Shown here: in pieces, positions 40,210 through 50,147 of the stretch | Layout of the letters: each line of letters opens with the position of its first letter | Position numbering within the stretch: the first letter of the stretch is position 1 | Translations under genes and position numbers: made by a program | Assembly: GCA_964651155.1 (NCBI GenBank) | Contig: CAZYXB010000002.1 | Span: 377-64,376, forward strand | Length of the DNA stretch: 64,000 nt | Origin: an uncultured Acidobacteriota bacterium | GTDB lineage: Bacteria; Acidobacteriota; UBA6911 | Direction of reading: 5' to 3' | The notes under the pieces: model-generated | What the model saw: the letters and a program-made list of their open reading frames with translations, nothing else | Told to the model about the DNA's origin: nothing | Databases searched by the model: none

Positions 40210-41178
40210 ATGCGCCGAACGGTGATCGTGGGCGCGGTGATTGCCGTCTGTTTCGCGGCCAGTTTCCTGGCCAAGACGGCCCTGCGCGGTCCCGCGCCTT
40301 CTGCCGCGCCCGAAGGGCCGGGCGCGGCACCCGAACGCATCGTCTCCCTGGCCCCGAGCATAACGGAAATCCTCCATTTCCTGGGAGTGTTCGACCGCGT
40401 GGTGGGGGTGACGCGGTACTGCTATTTCCCGCCGGAGGCGCGCGCCGTGGCGGAGGTCGGGGGGTACTACGACCCGAATTACGAGGCCATCGTGGCGCTC
40501 CGGCCCGATCTTGTCGTCATGCTCAAGGAGCACCTCGTGGCGCAGGAGACCCTTTCCCGCTTCGGCATCGACGTCGCCGTCGTCGACAACCAGACCATCG
40601 ACGGCATCCTCGCGGCCATCGAAACGGTCGGGGAGACCTGCGGCGTCCCGCCCGCGGCCGAGGCGATCGTCGGGGACATCCGGGCCAGGATCCGGCGCAT
40701 CCGGCAGAGGACCGGCGGGCTGACGCCTCCCCGGGTCCTGGTGTCGATCGGCCGCATCATGGGATCGGGCGCGCTCGAGGACGTCTATATCGCGGGCAAA
40801 GACGGCTTCTACAACGAGATGATCGGAATGGCCGGGGGCGTGAACGCCTACGGAGGCTCCGTGGCCTTCCCGCTCGTTTCCGGCGAAGGCATCATCGGGA
40901 TGAACCCGGAGGTGATCATCGACATGGTCCCGGATCTCGAGGCTCAGGGCCTGGACCGGGAACGGATCCAGGCGGAATGGAGCGCCGTCGGGCAGGTGGA
41001 CGCGGTCCGCAGCGGGAGGGTGCACCTGTTCGAGGAGGGGTATGCCGTGGTCCCGGGACCGCGATTCATCTCCATCCTCGAGAAGATGGCCCGGGTCCTG
41101 CACCCGGGCCTGGACTGGGACGGTCCGCCGCCGGCGGACCCGGCTTCGCCCGCGGGCCGCGCCGCGGCGGGGGACTGA
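40210..41178 (+). CDS. btuF: ABC-transporter periplasmic substrate-binding protein, BtuF/FecB-like (cobalamin/siderophore class)
   Basis: Signal/TM MRRTVIVGAVIAVCFAASFLA. RIVSLAPSITEILHFLG..VVGVTRYCYFP is the typical BtuF class III PBP N-lobe. Sits in the riboswitch-controlled operon. Confidence 0.7.
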   Translation: MRRTVIVGAVIAVCFAASFLAKTALRGPAPSAAPEGPGAAPERIVSLAPSITEILHFLGVFDRVVGVTRYCYFPPEARAVAEVGGYYDPNYEAIVALRPDLVVMLKEHLVAQETLSRFGIDVAVVDNQTIDGILAAIETVGETCGVPPAAEAIVGDIRARIRRIRQRTGGLTPPRVLVSIGRIMGSGALEDVYIAGKDGFYNEMIGMAGGVNAYGGSVAFPLVSGEGIIGMNPEVIIDMVPDLEAQGLDRERIQAEWSAVGQVDAVRSGRVHLFEEGYAVVPGPRFISILEKMARVLHPGLDWDGPPPADPASPAGRAAAGD

Positions 41179-41179
41179 G

Positions 41180-41974
41180 ATGGGACCGGACGACAGCGTC
41201 ATCCTTGAAGTGGATTCCTTCTGCTTCGCGACGGGGGGAAAGGAGATTCTCAGGGACATCTCCTTCAGGGTCCGGCGGGGGGCGTACGTCTCCATCGTCG
41301 GCCCCAACGGCGCCGGGAAGACCACCCTTCTGAAATGCATCAGCCGGATCTACCGGGGGGGCCGCGGGACCATCCGCGTCCGGGGGCGCAGGCTCGAGGA
41401 CTACCGCCAGCAAGACCTCGCCCGGCAGCTGAGCTACGTTCCCCAGGCCGACGGGCGGCATGCCCCCTTCACGGTGCGCGAGTTTGTCCTGATGGGGCGC
41501 TACCCCTATCTCAGCCCGTTTTCCCCCCCCGGCCCCCGGGACCTGGAGGCGGTGGCCGCCGCCCTGGAGACCACCGGGACGGGGGGGTTCGCCGAACGCT
41601 ACCTCTCGACGCTCAGCGGCGGGGAGCGGCAGAAGGTCTATATCGCCGCCGCCCTGGCCCAGGAGGCGGACGTTCTGCTGCTCGACGAGCCCACAACCTT
41701 CCTCGACCCCAAACACGAGTCGGACATCTACCGCCTGCTGGCCGGCATCAACCGCTCGCGCGGCGCGACCATCATTTCCGTCACCCACGACATCAACAGC
41801 GCCGTTGTGACGAGCCGGACCGTGCTGGCGCTCAAAGACGGGACCGTCGCCTACGACGGGCCCGCGGAGGGCTTCATGCGTGAGGACGTGCTCTGCGCGA
41901 TCTACGAGAAGCCGTTCGAACTCATGACCCACCCGGGCTCGGGCAGGACCATTGTCGCCCCGGAGGTGCCATGA
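41180..41974 (+). CDS. btuD: ABC transporter ATP-binding protein, BtuD/FecE-like
   Basis: Walker A GPNGAGKTT, signature LSGGERQKVYIAAAL, Walker B LLLDEPTTFLD, H-loop VTHDIN. Confidence 0.8.
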   Translation: MGPDDSVILEVDSFCFATGGKEILRDISFRVRRGAYVSIVGPNGAGKTTLLKCISRIYRGGRGTIRVRGRRLEDYRQQDLARQLSYVPQADGRHAPFTVREFVLMGRYPYLSPFSPPGPRDLEAVAAALETTGTGGFAERYLSTLSGGERQKVYIAAALAQEADVLLLDEPTTFLDPKHESDIYRLLAGINRSRGATIISVTHDINSAVVTSRTVLALKDGTVAYDGPAEGFMREDVLCAIYEKPFELMTHPGSGRTIVAPEVP

Positions 41975-42984
41975 GGGGACGCGGGCCGAAAAACAAAAAG
42001 CTCGTCCTGTCCCTCCTGCTGCTCGCGGCCCTGGCGGCCCTGGCGGGCGCGCCCCTGGTCGGTCTGCACGCCTTGTCGCTGCAGTCGATCCTGCACCCGG
42101 CGCCGGGGAACCTCGAATCGGACATCTTCTGGAGGATCCGCGTGCCCCGGGTCTGCGTCTCCTTCATGGCCGGCGCGGCCCTGGCCGTCAGCGGGATGGC
42201 GTTCCAGGCCATTTTCCGCAACCCGCTGGCGACGCCGTTCACCCTGGGCGTCGCCAGCGGCGCGTCGTTCGGGGCCGCCGTCTACGTCCGGCTCGGGCTG
42301 GCGCTCAGCCTATGGGGCATTTCGGGACTTTCGGCCTTCGCCTTCGGGGGCGCGGTCCTGTCGATCGTCCTCGTCTACGGGCTGACCCGGATACGGAGCG
42401 GCTTCTCCATCGGCACCATGCTCCTGGCGGGGGTCGCCCTGAGCTTCTTCTTCTCCAGCGCCATCCTGTTCGCGCAGTACATGAGCGATTTCGCCAATTC
42501 CTTCCGGATCCTCCGCTGGCTGATGGGAGGGCTGGACGTCGCGGGGTTCGAGGCGGTCCTGAACATGGCCCCGTTTGTCGCCAGCGGCGCCGCCATCATT
42601 CTCGTGCTGACGCACGAGTTGAACCTGCTGCTGACGGGCGAGGAGATCGCCATCAGCAGGGGGGCGAATGTCGGCAGGATCAAAAAGGTGCTGTTTTTCG
42701 CGACCTCCCTCATGGTCGGAGGCGTGGTGGCCGTGTGCGGGCCGATCGGCTTCGTCGGCATGATGGCGCCCCACATATGCCGCCTGCTTGTCGGCGCCGA
42801 CCACCGGTACCTGACGCCGGCCACCCTGCTGTTCGGGGGGGCGTTCCTCACCGTGTGCGACGTGCTGGGCCGGACGCTGATCGCTCCGGCCGAAATGCCC
42901 GTCGGGATCATCACCGCGCTGCTGGGGGGGCCCTTCTTCATCTGGCTTCTCCTCGGCCGATCTTCAAAGGCAGGGATGCTATGA
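41971..42984 (+). CDS. btuC: ABC transporter permease, BtuC/FecCD family
   Basis: FecCD-family TM pattern, including the conserved ..LLTGEEIAISRGANVGRIK.. and ..AVCGPIGFVGMMAPHICRLLVG.. segments. Overlaps btuD by 4 nt. Confidence 0.8.
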   Translation: MRGRGPKNKKLVLSLLLLAALAALAGAPLVGLHALSLQSILHPAPGNLESDIFWRIRVPRVCVSFMAGAALAVSGMAFQAIFRNPLATPFTLGVASGASFGAAVYVRLGLALSLWGISGLSAFAFGGAVLSIVLVYGLTRIRSGFSIGTMLLAGVALSFFFSSAILFAQYMSDFANSFRILRWLMGGLDVAGFEAVLNMAPFVASGAAIILVLTHELNLLLTGEEIAISRGANVGRIKKVLFFATSLMVGGVVAVCGPIGFVGMMAPHICRLLVGADHRYLTPATLLFGGAFLTVCDVLGRTLIAPAEMPVGIITALLGGPFFIWLLLGRSSKAGML

Positions 42985-43535
42985 CGGCACGCCAACGGAC
43001 GACGGAAACCGCCCCCTGGACGAAGGGGTACGTGCAGATCTACACCGGAGACGGCAAGGGGAAGACCACGGCCGCCTTCGGGCTGGCCCTGAGAGCCGCC
43101 GGCGCGGGCCTGCCCGTCTTCATCGCGCAGTTCATGAAGGGGGGAGACTACAGCGAAGTGCGCGCCCTCGGCCGGTTCGAGGACCTGATCACGCTGCGGC
43201 AGTACGGCCGGGGACGCTTCATCCGCGGGAAGCCGGCCGAGGAGGACATCCGGGCGGCAAAGGAGGGGCTCGCCGAGGTCCGGAGCATCCTCCGGTCGGG
43301 GCGCTACCGGGTGGTCATCCTCGACGAGGCGGGGATCGCCGCCTTCTACGGGCTGGTCTCCGTCGAGGACCTGCTGGCGCTCATCGACGGCAAGCCCGCC
43401 GACGTCGAGCTGGTGATCACCGGCAGGAGGGCGGACCCGAGGCTGCTGGCCCGGGCCGATCTGGTCACCGAGATGCGCGAGGTCAAACACTACTACAGCG
43501 GGGGGGTGCAGGCGCGCCGGGGCATCGAGAACTGA
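42981..43535 (+). CDS. cobO: Cob(I)yrinic acid a,c-diamide / cob(I)alamin adenosyltransferase (CobA/CobO/BtuR family)
   Basis: KGYVQIYTGDGKGKTTAAFGLALRAAGAGLPVFIAQFMKGG..VVILDE is the BtuR/CobO P-loop family signature. The start ATG overlaps the btuC stop (ATGA). Confidence 0.85.
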   Translation: MTARQRTTETAPWTKGYVQIYTGDGKGKTTAAFGLALRAAGAGLPVFIAQFMKGGDYSEVRALGRFEDLITLRQYGRGRFIRGKPAEEDIRAAKEGLAEVRSILRSGRYRVVILDEAGIAAFYGLVSVEDLLALIDGKPADVELVITGRRADPRLLARADLVTEMREVKHYYSGGVQARRGIEN

Positions 43536-43562
43536 GCCGGCGGCGCGCACAGGCAGGCTGCA

Positions 43563-44606
<1,044 letters not shown>

Positions 44607-44677
44607 ATCCGTCTCCGAAAAGAACCGAGTCTAGCGCAATCGGGCGGCTTTGGAAAGCGCGGTGTGCGCGCGCCGCC

Positions 44678-45280
44678 CTATTCGGGCGCCTGCGCTCCGG
44701 GCCGGGCGCACCGATCCAGAAACGCCGCGTAGTCGGTGATGCGGTCCCCGGGATCGTAGGGCGTGCTGGCGAGCGCGAGGATGATGCAGTCGGGGGACGC
44801 GTCGCTGATTTCAAGCCAGACCCGGGGCCCCACGTACAGGGCCCGGTCGGGCGCGTCCAGGGAAAATTCCCGGAACGCGCGCCCGTCGGTGACCCCCACC
44901 CTGCACGATCCCTGGACGCACACGAGCACTTCCCTCAGCTTCAGGTGCGCGTGCCGCCCGCGGACCGTTCCGGGCCGCAGGTCCCGGATGAAGAAGACCC
45001 GGGCTATCGGAAAGGGGATGTCCGCCCCCGTCTCCATGGGGATGAGCCTCCCCCCCGCGGACGCCGAGCAGGACAGGGGGAACGCGTAGACGTCCCCGCA
45101 GGCGTCGTCGGCCTGCGGGGGCGCGCCCGGAGACGAGGCCTCCGGAGCGGGCGCGCCCGGGGACGAGGCCTCCGGTGCGGGCGCGGAGTCGGCGACGGTC
45201 GTGCCCGGGTGCGGCTGGGGGGTGCGGATCTCTCTCGGCATCTGGGGGCCTCCGGCGGTCAGTCCTTGGGGTCGATGCAC
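44678..45280 (-). CDS. WxcM/FdtA-like sugar 3,4-ketoisomerase (cupin) with a repetitive Pro/Ala/Ser-rich N-terminal extension
   Basis: ..IPFPIARVFFIRDLRPGTVRGRHAHLKLREVLVCVQGSCRV matches the FdtA/WxcM-like fold motif (..IPFxIKRVYYI...RGxHAHKKL..). N-terminus (APAPEASSPG)x2 is encoded by a ~30-bp tandem repeat at 45118..45186. Start ambiguous between 45280 and 45241. Confidence 0.55.
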   Translation of the reverse strand: MHRPQGLTAGGPQMPREIRTPQPHPGTTVADSAPAPEASSPGAPAPEASSPGAPPQADDACGDVYAFPLSCSASAGGRLIPMETGADIPFPIARVFFIRDLRPGTVRGRHAHLKLREVLVCVQGSCRVGVTDGRAFREFSLDAPDRALYVGPRVWLEISDASPDCIILALASTPYDPGDRITDYAAFLDRCARPGAQAPE

Positions 45281-46896
45281 CTGCCGGTGGCCTCGACCAG
45301 ATCCCGGTAGGCGTAGCCGAACGCATCGTGGATCTTGCGGGCCCGGCCGGCGTCCCCCAGCAGCTCGAACAGGGCCCCGGTGCCGAAGGCCCTCCAGAGG
45401 ACATTCGGGTGATCCAGCGCCAGGCGCGCGACCGCGAAGCGGATCAGGTCCCGGTCCAGCGGAAACAGCGGGGAGGTGTAGGCCTCGGCCTCGGGGAAAA
45501 TCCGCAGCAGGGTCCGTTCATCCGGTATGTCCAGGTATCGGCGGAGGACCCGGGGGGTCTCAAACGCGTTCCGCGCCGACACCTCCGGCCCCGGGCCGCT
45601 GGCGTTTCTGCCGCCCTCGCGCACCCGGAAGCGGGTCAAGGGCTGCTCGAGGATGTGCAGTTGGTGGCGCATGCAGATGCGGATCCACCAGTCCATGTCC
45701 GACAGCTGGCGGAAACGCGGGTCGGGCCAGCCCACCCGTTCGCACACCTCCCTGCGGATCATGGCGCTCGGGGCGCAGAGGCAGTTTCCGTGAAAGAAGA
45801 AGTGGCGCAGCCAGCCGTAACGGTCCCGGTTCGGCTGGTCGAAGACCCTGTAGTAGAAATGGCCCTCGTCCCGGAAGGGCCGCCCCTGCTCATCGATCAC
45901 GGAAACGAGCGTGAAGACGGCGCCCGTTTCCGGGTGGGTGTCGAGGTAGTCGGCCTGGCGCTCCAGTTTTTCGGGCAGGAAGGCGTCGTCGGAGTTCAAC
46001 AGGGCGATGTATTTGCCTTGCGCCATGCGGTAGCCGAGGCTCTTGGCCGGAACGATCCCCTGGTTGCGGTCGAGGAAGCGCGTCCGGATGCGGGGGTCGG
46101 AAAAACGCCGGATCTCCTCGGCCGTCCCGTCGTCGGACCCGTCGTCGACGATGATGAGCTCGAAATTCCGGAAGGTCTGGCCGAGGGCGCTCGAGATGCT
46201 TTCGCCGACATAGGGCCGGTGGTTGTAGGCGGCCATGACGATGCTGACCGCCGGATCCTCCCCGGCCCGAGCGGTGGCCGGGACCCCGGCGGCCCGGGTG
46301 TGGCCGGGCAGGCTGCGGGTCACGCAGGCTTGGGCGCCGATGGTGCCGCCCGGGCCGATCGTTCGTTCCGGGAGCACGACGGCCCCCGTGCCGACGAAGG
46401 TGCAGTCGCCGATGGTGACGCTCCCGTTTATCCCGGCTTTGGGCGCGATGTAGACATGGCTTCCGATTCTGGAGTCGTGCCCGATGTAGGCCTGGTCCGA
46501 GATCACGGTGTTGCGGCCGACGACGACATTGGGGCCGATGACGGCCGCGTGACGGACGATGCATCCGGGGCCCAGCCGGGCATCGCGAGCCACAATCGCG
46601 GTCGGGGAGACAAGGGTGCGGAGCTCGAACCCGTGCGCGTCGAGCAGGTCCCCGTACTTTTTCCGTGCGGCGACGTCGGTGATGGCCACGACCGCCTGCG
46701 TGAACATTTGCCTCAACAGCGGGAGGTCGGCGCTGGTCCCGAGCTTGTTCAGGCCGAATCTCCGTTGCACGTAGGCAGATTCGAAAACGTCGTCGACGTA
46801 GCCGGCAAAGGTACCCTGGCGGTCGAACAGTTCCACCAGCAGTCCGGCCAGCCTGCCTCCCCCTACCAGGACGATCCCCGGTTTCTCCTCCGGCAT
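45259..46896 (-). CDS. Fusion protein: N-terminal NeuD/PglD/FdtC-like hexapeptide N-acetyltransferase + C-terminal family 2 glycosyltransferase
   Basis: N-half ..IVLVGGGRLAG..hexapeptide repeats (IGPNVVVGRNTVISDQAYIGHDSRIGSHVYIAPKAGINGSVTIGDCTFVGTGAVV). C-half ..VSIVMAAYNHRPYVGESISSALGQTFRNFELIIVDDGSDDGT.. is a GT-A fold with DxD. Overlaps the FdtA-like gene by 22 nt. Confidence 0.6.
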   Translation of the reverse strand: MPEEKPGIVLVGGGRLAGLLVELFDRQGTFAGYVDDVFESAYVQRRFGLNKLGTSADLPLLRQMFTQAVVAITDVAARKKYGDLLDAHGFELRTLVSPTAIVARDARLGPGCIVRHAAVIGPNVVVGRNTVISDQAYIGHDSRIGSHVYIAPKAGINGSVTIGDCTFVGTGAVVLPERTIGPGGTIGAQACVTRSLPGHTRAAGVPATARAGEDPAVSIVMAAYNHRPYVGESISSALGQTFRNFELIIVDDGSDDGTAEEIRRFSDPRIRTRFLDRNQGIVPAKSLGYRMAQGKYIALLNSDDAFLPEKLERQADYLDTHPETGAVFTLVSVIDEQGRPFRDEGHFYYRVFDQPNRDRYGWLRHFFFHGNCLCAPSAMIRREVCERVGWPDPRFRQLSDMDWWIRICMRHQLHILEQPLTRFRVREGGRNASGPGPEVSARNAFETPRVLRRYLDIPDERTLLRIFPEAEAYTSPLFPLDRDLIRFAVARLALDHPNVLWRAFGTGALFELLGDAGRARKIHDAFGYAYRDLVEATGRCIDPKD

Positions 46897-47100
46897 GTCC
46901 CGCGCCTCCCGTGTCGGCGGGGCGTCGTGCGCCTGCCCCGGTCGAAAGGCTGAAGGATAGCGGCCCCCCCGGCCCGCGGTCAAGGCGATTCGGGGCGCGC
47001 CGCGGGACCGCCCGGAGGACTGGGTGTGCAATCGGCCCGGAAATGCGCTACACTTACTGCTTTTCCGCGAAGCGGCGCACGCTTCGCGCCGGGGTCGACG

Positions 47101-48144
47101 ATGCTGATACTGGGAATCGAGTCTTCCTGCGATGAAACCGCCGCCGCCCTTGTCCGGGACGGCCGGGATGTTCTGTCCAACGTGGTCGCCTCACAGGTCG
47201 CGACGCATCGAAGGTTCGGCGGCGTGGTCCCCGAACTCGCCAGCCGCGAGCATCTGCGGAACATCGGGTACGTCGTCGGGCAGGCCTTCGCCCTCGCGGG
47301 CAAAGAGTACGGCGCCGTCGACGGGATCGCGGTGACCCAGGGGCCGGGGTTGATCGGGTCGCTCCTGGTGGGCGTCTCCTTCGCGAAGGCGATGGCCTAT
47401 GCCCTCGGAAAGCCGCTGGTCGCCGTCAACCATATCGAGGGGCACATCCGCTCCGCCTTCATCGAGCATCCGGAGATCGCCTACCCCTACCTGGCGCTCG
47501 TCGTTTCGGGCGGGCACACGTCGCTCGTGTTCTCCCCCGAGCCGGGCCGCTACCAGTCCGTGGGAAGGGCGCGGGACGACGCCGCCGGGGAAGCCCTGGA
47601 CAAGCTGTCGAAGTTCCTCGGCCTGGGGTATCCCGGCGGGCCGGTGATCGACCGGCTCTCCGGCGGGGGCGATGCGCGGCGCTTCGAATTCTCCATCCCC
47701 AAAATCAGCGACGGCAGCCTGGATTTCAGTTTCAGCGGGTTCAAGACCGCCGCCCTGCGCCGAATCCGGGAGTCCGGCATCAAGCCCCGGCGCCGGGGCG
47801 GCAGGATTCCGGCCATCGTGCTGGATCTGGTCTCGAGCTACCAGCGGGCCATCATCCAGACGCTTCTCGGGCAGACGGCAAAGGCCGAGTCCCGTCTGCA
47901 TCCCCGGTCCATACTCCTGGTCGGCGGGGTGGCCTGCAACAGCCACCTCAGGAAGGCGTTCCGGAGCGCTTTCGAGGACGATCGCGCCGCATGCGGCCGC
48001 GCCCCCGTCCCGGTCTATTTCCCGAGCCCGGCGCTTACGACCGACAACGCCGCCATGATCGCAGCCGCCGGGGAGACGCGGTTCGACCCGGAGGCAGGGG
48101 CGGATCTGAACCTGAACGCCTACGCCGACCTGCGGCTCTGCTAG
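47101..48144 (+). CDS. tsaD: tRNA N6-adenosine threonylcarbamoyltransferase TsaD (Kae1/YgjD family)
   Basis: MLILGIESSCDETAAALV..FGGVVPELASREH..GPGLIGSLLVGVSFAKAMAYALGKPLVAVNHIEGH..VVSGGHT is the canonical TsaD sequence. Confidence 0.9.
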   Translation: MLILGIESSCDETAAALVRDGRDVLSNVVASQVATHRRFGGVVPELASREHLRNIGYVVGQAFALAGKEYGAVDGIAVTQGPGLIGSLLVGVSFAKAMAYALGKPLVAVNHIEGHIRSAFIEHPEIAYPYLALVVSGGHTSLVFSPEPGRYQSVGRARDDAAGEALDKLSKFLGLGYPGGPVIDRLSGGGDARRFEFSIPKISDGSLDFSFSGFKTAALRRIRESGIKPRRRGGRIPAIVLDLVSSYQRAIIQTLLGQTAKAESRLHPRSILLVGGVACNSHLRKAFRSAFEDDRAACGRAPVPVYFPSPALTTDNAAMIAAAGETRFDPEAGADLNLNAYADLRLC

Positions 48145-48151
48145 GCGCCCC

Positions 48152-49201
48152 CTAGCGCCGGGTATGCGCCCCGCCCGGGCGGAGTCCCAAAGGCTCCGAT
48201 CGCCGCCCGGAGAGCCAGGCGCGGATTTCCCGCGGCGCCGCCCGGCGGCGCCGTTTCAGCTCCCGGCGGGCGGCCAGGGCCCCGGGCAGCGCCCGGGCAA
48301 TCAGCGGGAGGCCCCGGAGGGAGCTCCGTTCCCGCACAAGCACGTAGCCGACCGCCAGCAGGTCCCGGGCCGTGATGCGGAGGAAATTCCGGGCGTAGGT
48401 CCCCGGATCCATGTTTTTGACTCGCAGGAGGAACCGGTTCTTGAACGAATGCATGTTGATGGCCTCGGGCACGGACGCCCGCCTCTGCGGGAGCACCTTC
48501 CTTTCGTGCAGGGCCGTGGCCCCGGGGACGTACAGGCACGGCCACCCCATCCAACGGGCCCGCCAGGCCAGGTCGGCGTCCTCCCGGTAGGCGAAGAAGC
48601 TTTCGTCGAAGTATTCCCCGCCGGTCCGCACGTCCTCGAGCATGGCGCGCCGGTAGAAGGCGGCGGCGCCCGACGCCCCGAAGACCCACTCCTCCCGGTC
48701 GTACTGGCCGGTATCGTATTCTCCGGATCCGCGGTCGAGGTGGCGCTGGTTGCTGGTGAAGTAGATGCCGGTGCTGTCGAGTTCCGCCGGCCCCCGGGGC
48801 GGCGCCGGGGCCGCGGGCGCGCCCGGGTGCCGGCGCCACCGGTAGAGCTTGCCCGTGGCGGCTCCGGCCTCGGGATGGCCGTCCATGGCCGCGACCAGCG
48901 TTTCGAGGAAACGGGCGTCGAGGATCACGTCCGGATTCAGGACGAGGACGTACTCGGACCGCGACGGTCCGATCAGCCGGTTGTGCGCCGCGGCAAATCC
49001 CAGGTTCTCGCCGGAAAAACAGACGGACCGGAAGCGGTCCCGGTGCCGGCCGACGATGGCGGCGGTGCCGTCGCGGGAGGCATTGTCGAAAAGGGCGGTG
49101 TCGAAATCCCGGAACGTCTGCCGCCCGAGGCCCTCCAGGCAGGCTTCCAGGTAGGGCGCGGAGTTGCAGGTGACGATGCCGACCAGGACCCTGGCGCTCA
49201 T
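48152..49201 (-). CDS. Family 2 glycosyltransferase (rhamnosyltransferase-like)
   Basis: VLVGIVTCNSAPYLEACLEGLGRQTFRDFDTALFDNASRDGT.. and DxD-like ..LVLNPDV... The long Arg/Pro-rich N-terminal extension of the ORF was rejected as a GC artefact. Confidence 0.65.
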   Translation of the reverse strand: MSARVLVGIVTCNSAPYLEACLEGLGRQTFRDFDTALFDNASRDGTAAIVGRHRDRFRSVCFSGENLGFAAAHNRLIGPSRSEYVLVLNPDVILDARFLETLVAAMDGHPEAGAATGKLYRWRRHPGAPAAPAPPRGPAELDSTGIYFTSNQRHLDRGSGEYDTGQYDREEWVFGASGAAAFYRRAMLEDVRTGGEYFDESFFAYREDADLAWRARWMGWPCLYVPGATALHERKVLPQRRASVPEAINMHSFKNRFLLRVKNMDPGTYARNFLRITARDLLAVGYVLVRERSSLRGLPLIARALPGALAARRELKRRRRAAPREIRAWLSGRRSEPLGLRPGGAHTRR

Positions 49202-50127
49202 TTCCGGCCCTCCGCGGACAGGGCGATCCTGCCGAACGCCTTCAGGAATACGGCCGCCGACTGCGCCCGCGACGCGCCGCGGGCCAGCGGATAGAGCAGG
49301 GAGACCGCCGCGCGGAGCCCGAGACCCGCCAGAACGAGCGCCCGGACGCTCCCCGCGGCCCGGCGCCCGAGGTGTTTCCGGAAATACCGGATCTGGTTCG
49401 TGTGGAAGTGCATGAGAAAATCCTCCCCCGGCATCCGGTCCAGGCTGTAGCCCCCGTGGTGCAGGAAGCGGGCTCCGGGCTGGTACCGGATCCTGCCCCC
49501 GGCGAGGCGGATCCTCCGGCACAGGTCGACATCCTCGAACCATGCCGGGCGGAAGGACTCGTCGAACCCCCCGACGGCTTCGAGGGCCCCGCGGGAGACG
49601 AGCAGGCACGCGGCCGCGGGCTGGTCGACGTCGACGGCGCCTTCGGGCGCGGCCGCCGGCAGCGCCCGAAGGCGCCGCAGCGCCCGGCCGAGCTCGTCGA
49701 GCAGCAGCGCTTCGGCGGCGACGCGGGCGACGGTGGGGAAGGGGCGCACGTTGAAATCCGCCTGCGGCCGCCCGTCGGGCCCCACCAGGCACCCCCCGGC
49801 GGCCCAGATCCCCCCGCCGGCGTCGAGCGTCTCCTCCAGGCAGCGGACGGATCCGGGGAAGCACTCCGTGTCGGGGTTCAAAAACAGGATCCGCCGGCCC
49901 CCGGACGCGCGCCACCCCTGGTTGCAGGCGGCTGCGAACCCGAGGTTCCGGGCGTTGGGGATCGTCCGGACGAAAGGCTGCATCCGCGCGGCGGCCTCGA
50001 GGCTTGCGTCGGCCGAGGCGTTGTCGACGACGATGATTTCGCAGCCGGGGGCGTTGTCCCGGAGCGAGCGCAGGCACCCGCCCAGCAGCGGCCCCGAGTT
50101 CCAGTTGACGATCACGACAGATAGCAT
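49198..50127 (-). CDS. Family 2 glycosyltransferase
   Basis: MLSVVIVNWNSGPLLGGCLRSL..EIIVVDNASADAS..ILFLNPDT is a GT-A/GT2 signature. 4-nt overlap with the downstream GT2 gene. Confidence 0.7.
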   Translation of the reverse strand: MLSVVIVNWNSGPLLGGCLRSLRDNAPGCEIIVVDNASADASLEAAARMQPFVRTIPNARNLGFAAACNQGWRASGGRRILFLNPDTECFPGSVRCLEETLDAGGGIWAAGGCLVGPDGRPQADFNVRPFPTVARVAAEALLLDELGRALRRLRALPAAAPEGAVDVDQPAAACLLVSRGALEAVGGFDESFRPAWFEDVDLCRRIRLAGGRIRYQPGARFLHHGGYSLDRMPGEDFLMHFHTNQIRYFRKHLGRRAAGSVRALVLAGLGLRAAVSLLYPLARGASRAQSAAVFLKAFGRIALSAEGRK

Positions 50128-50147
50128 GGCAATCGGCGGTGCTCCGT

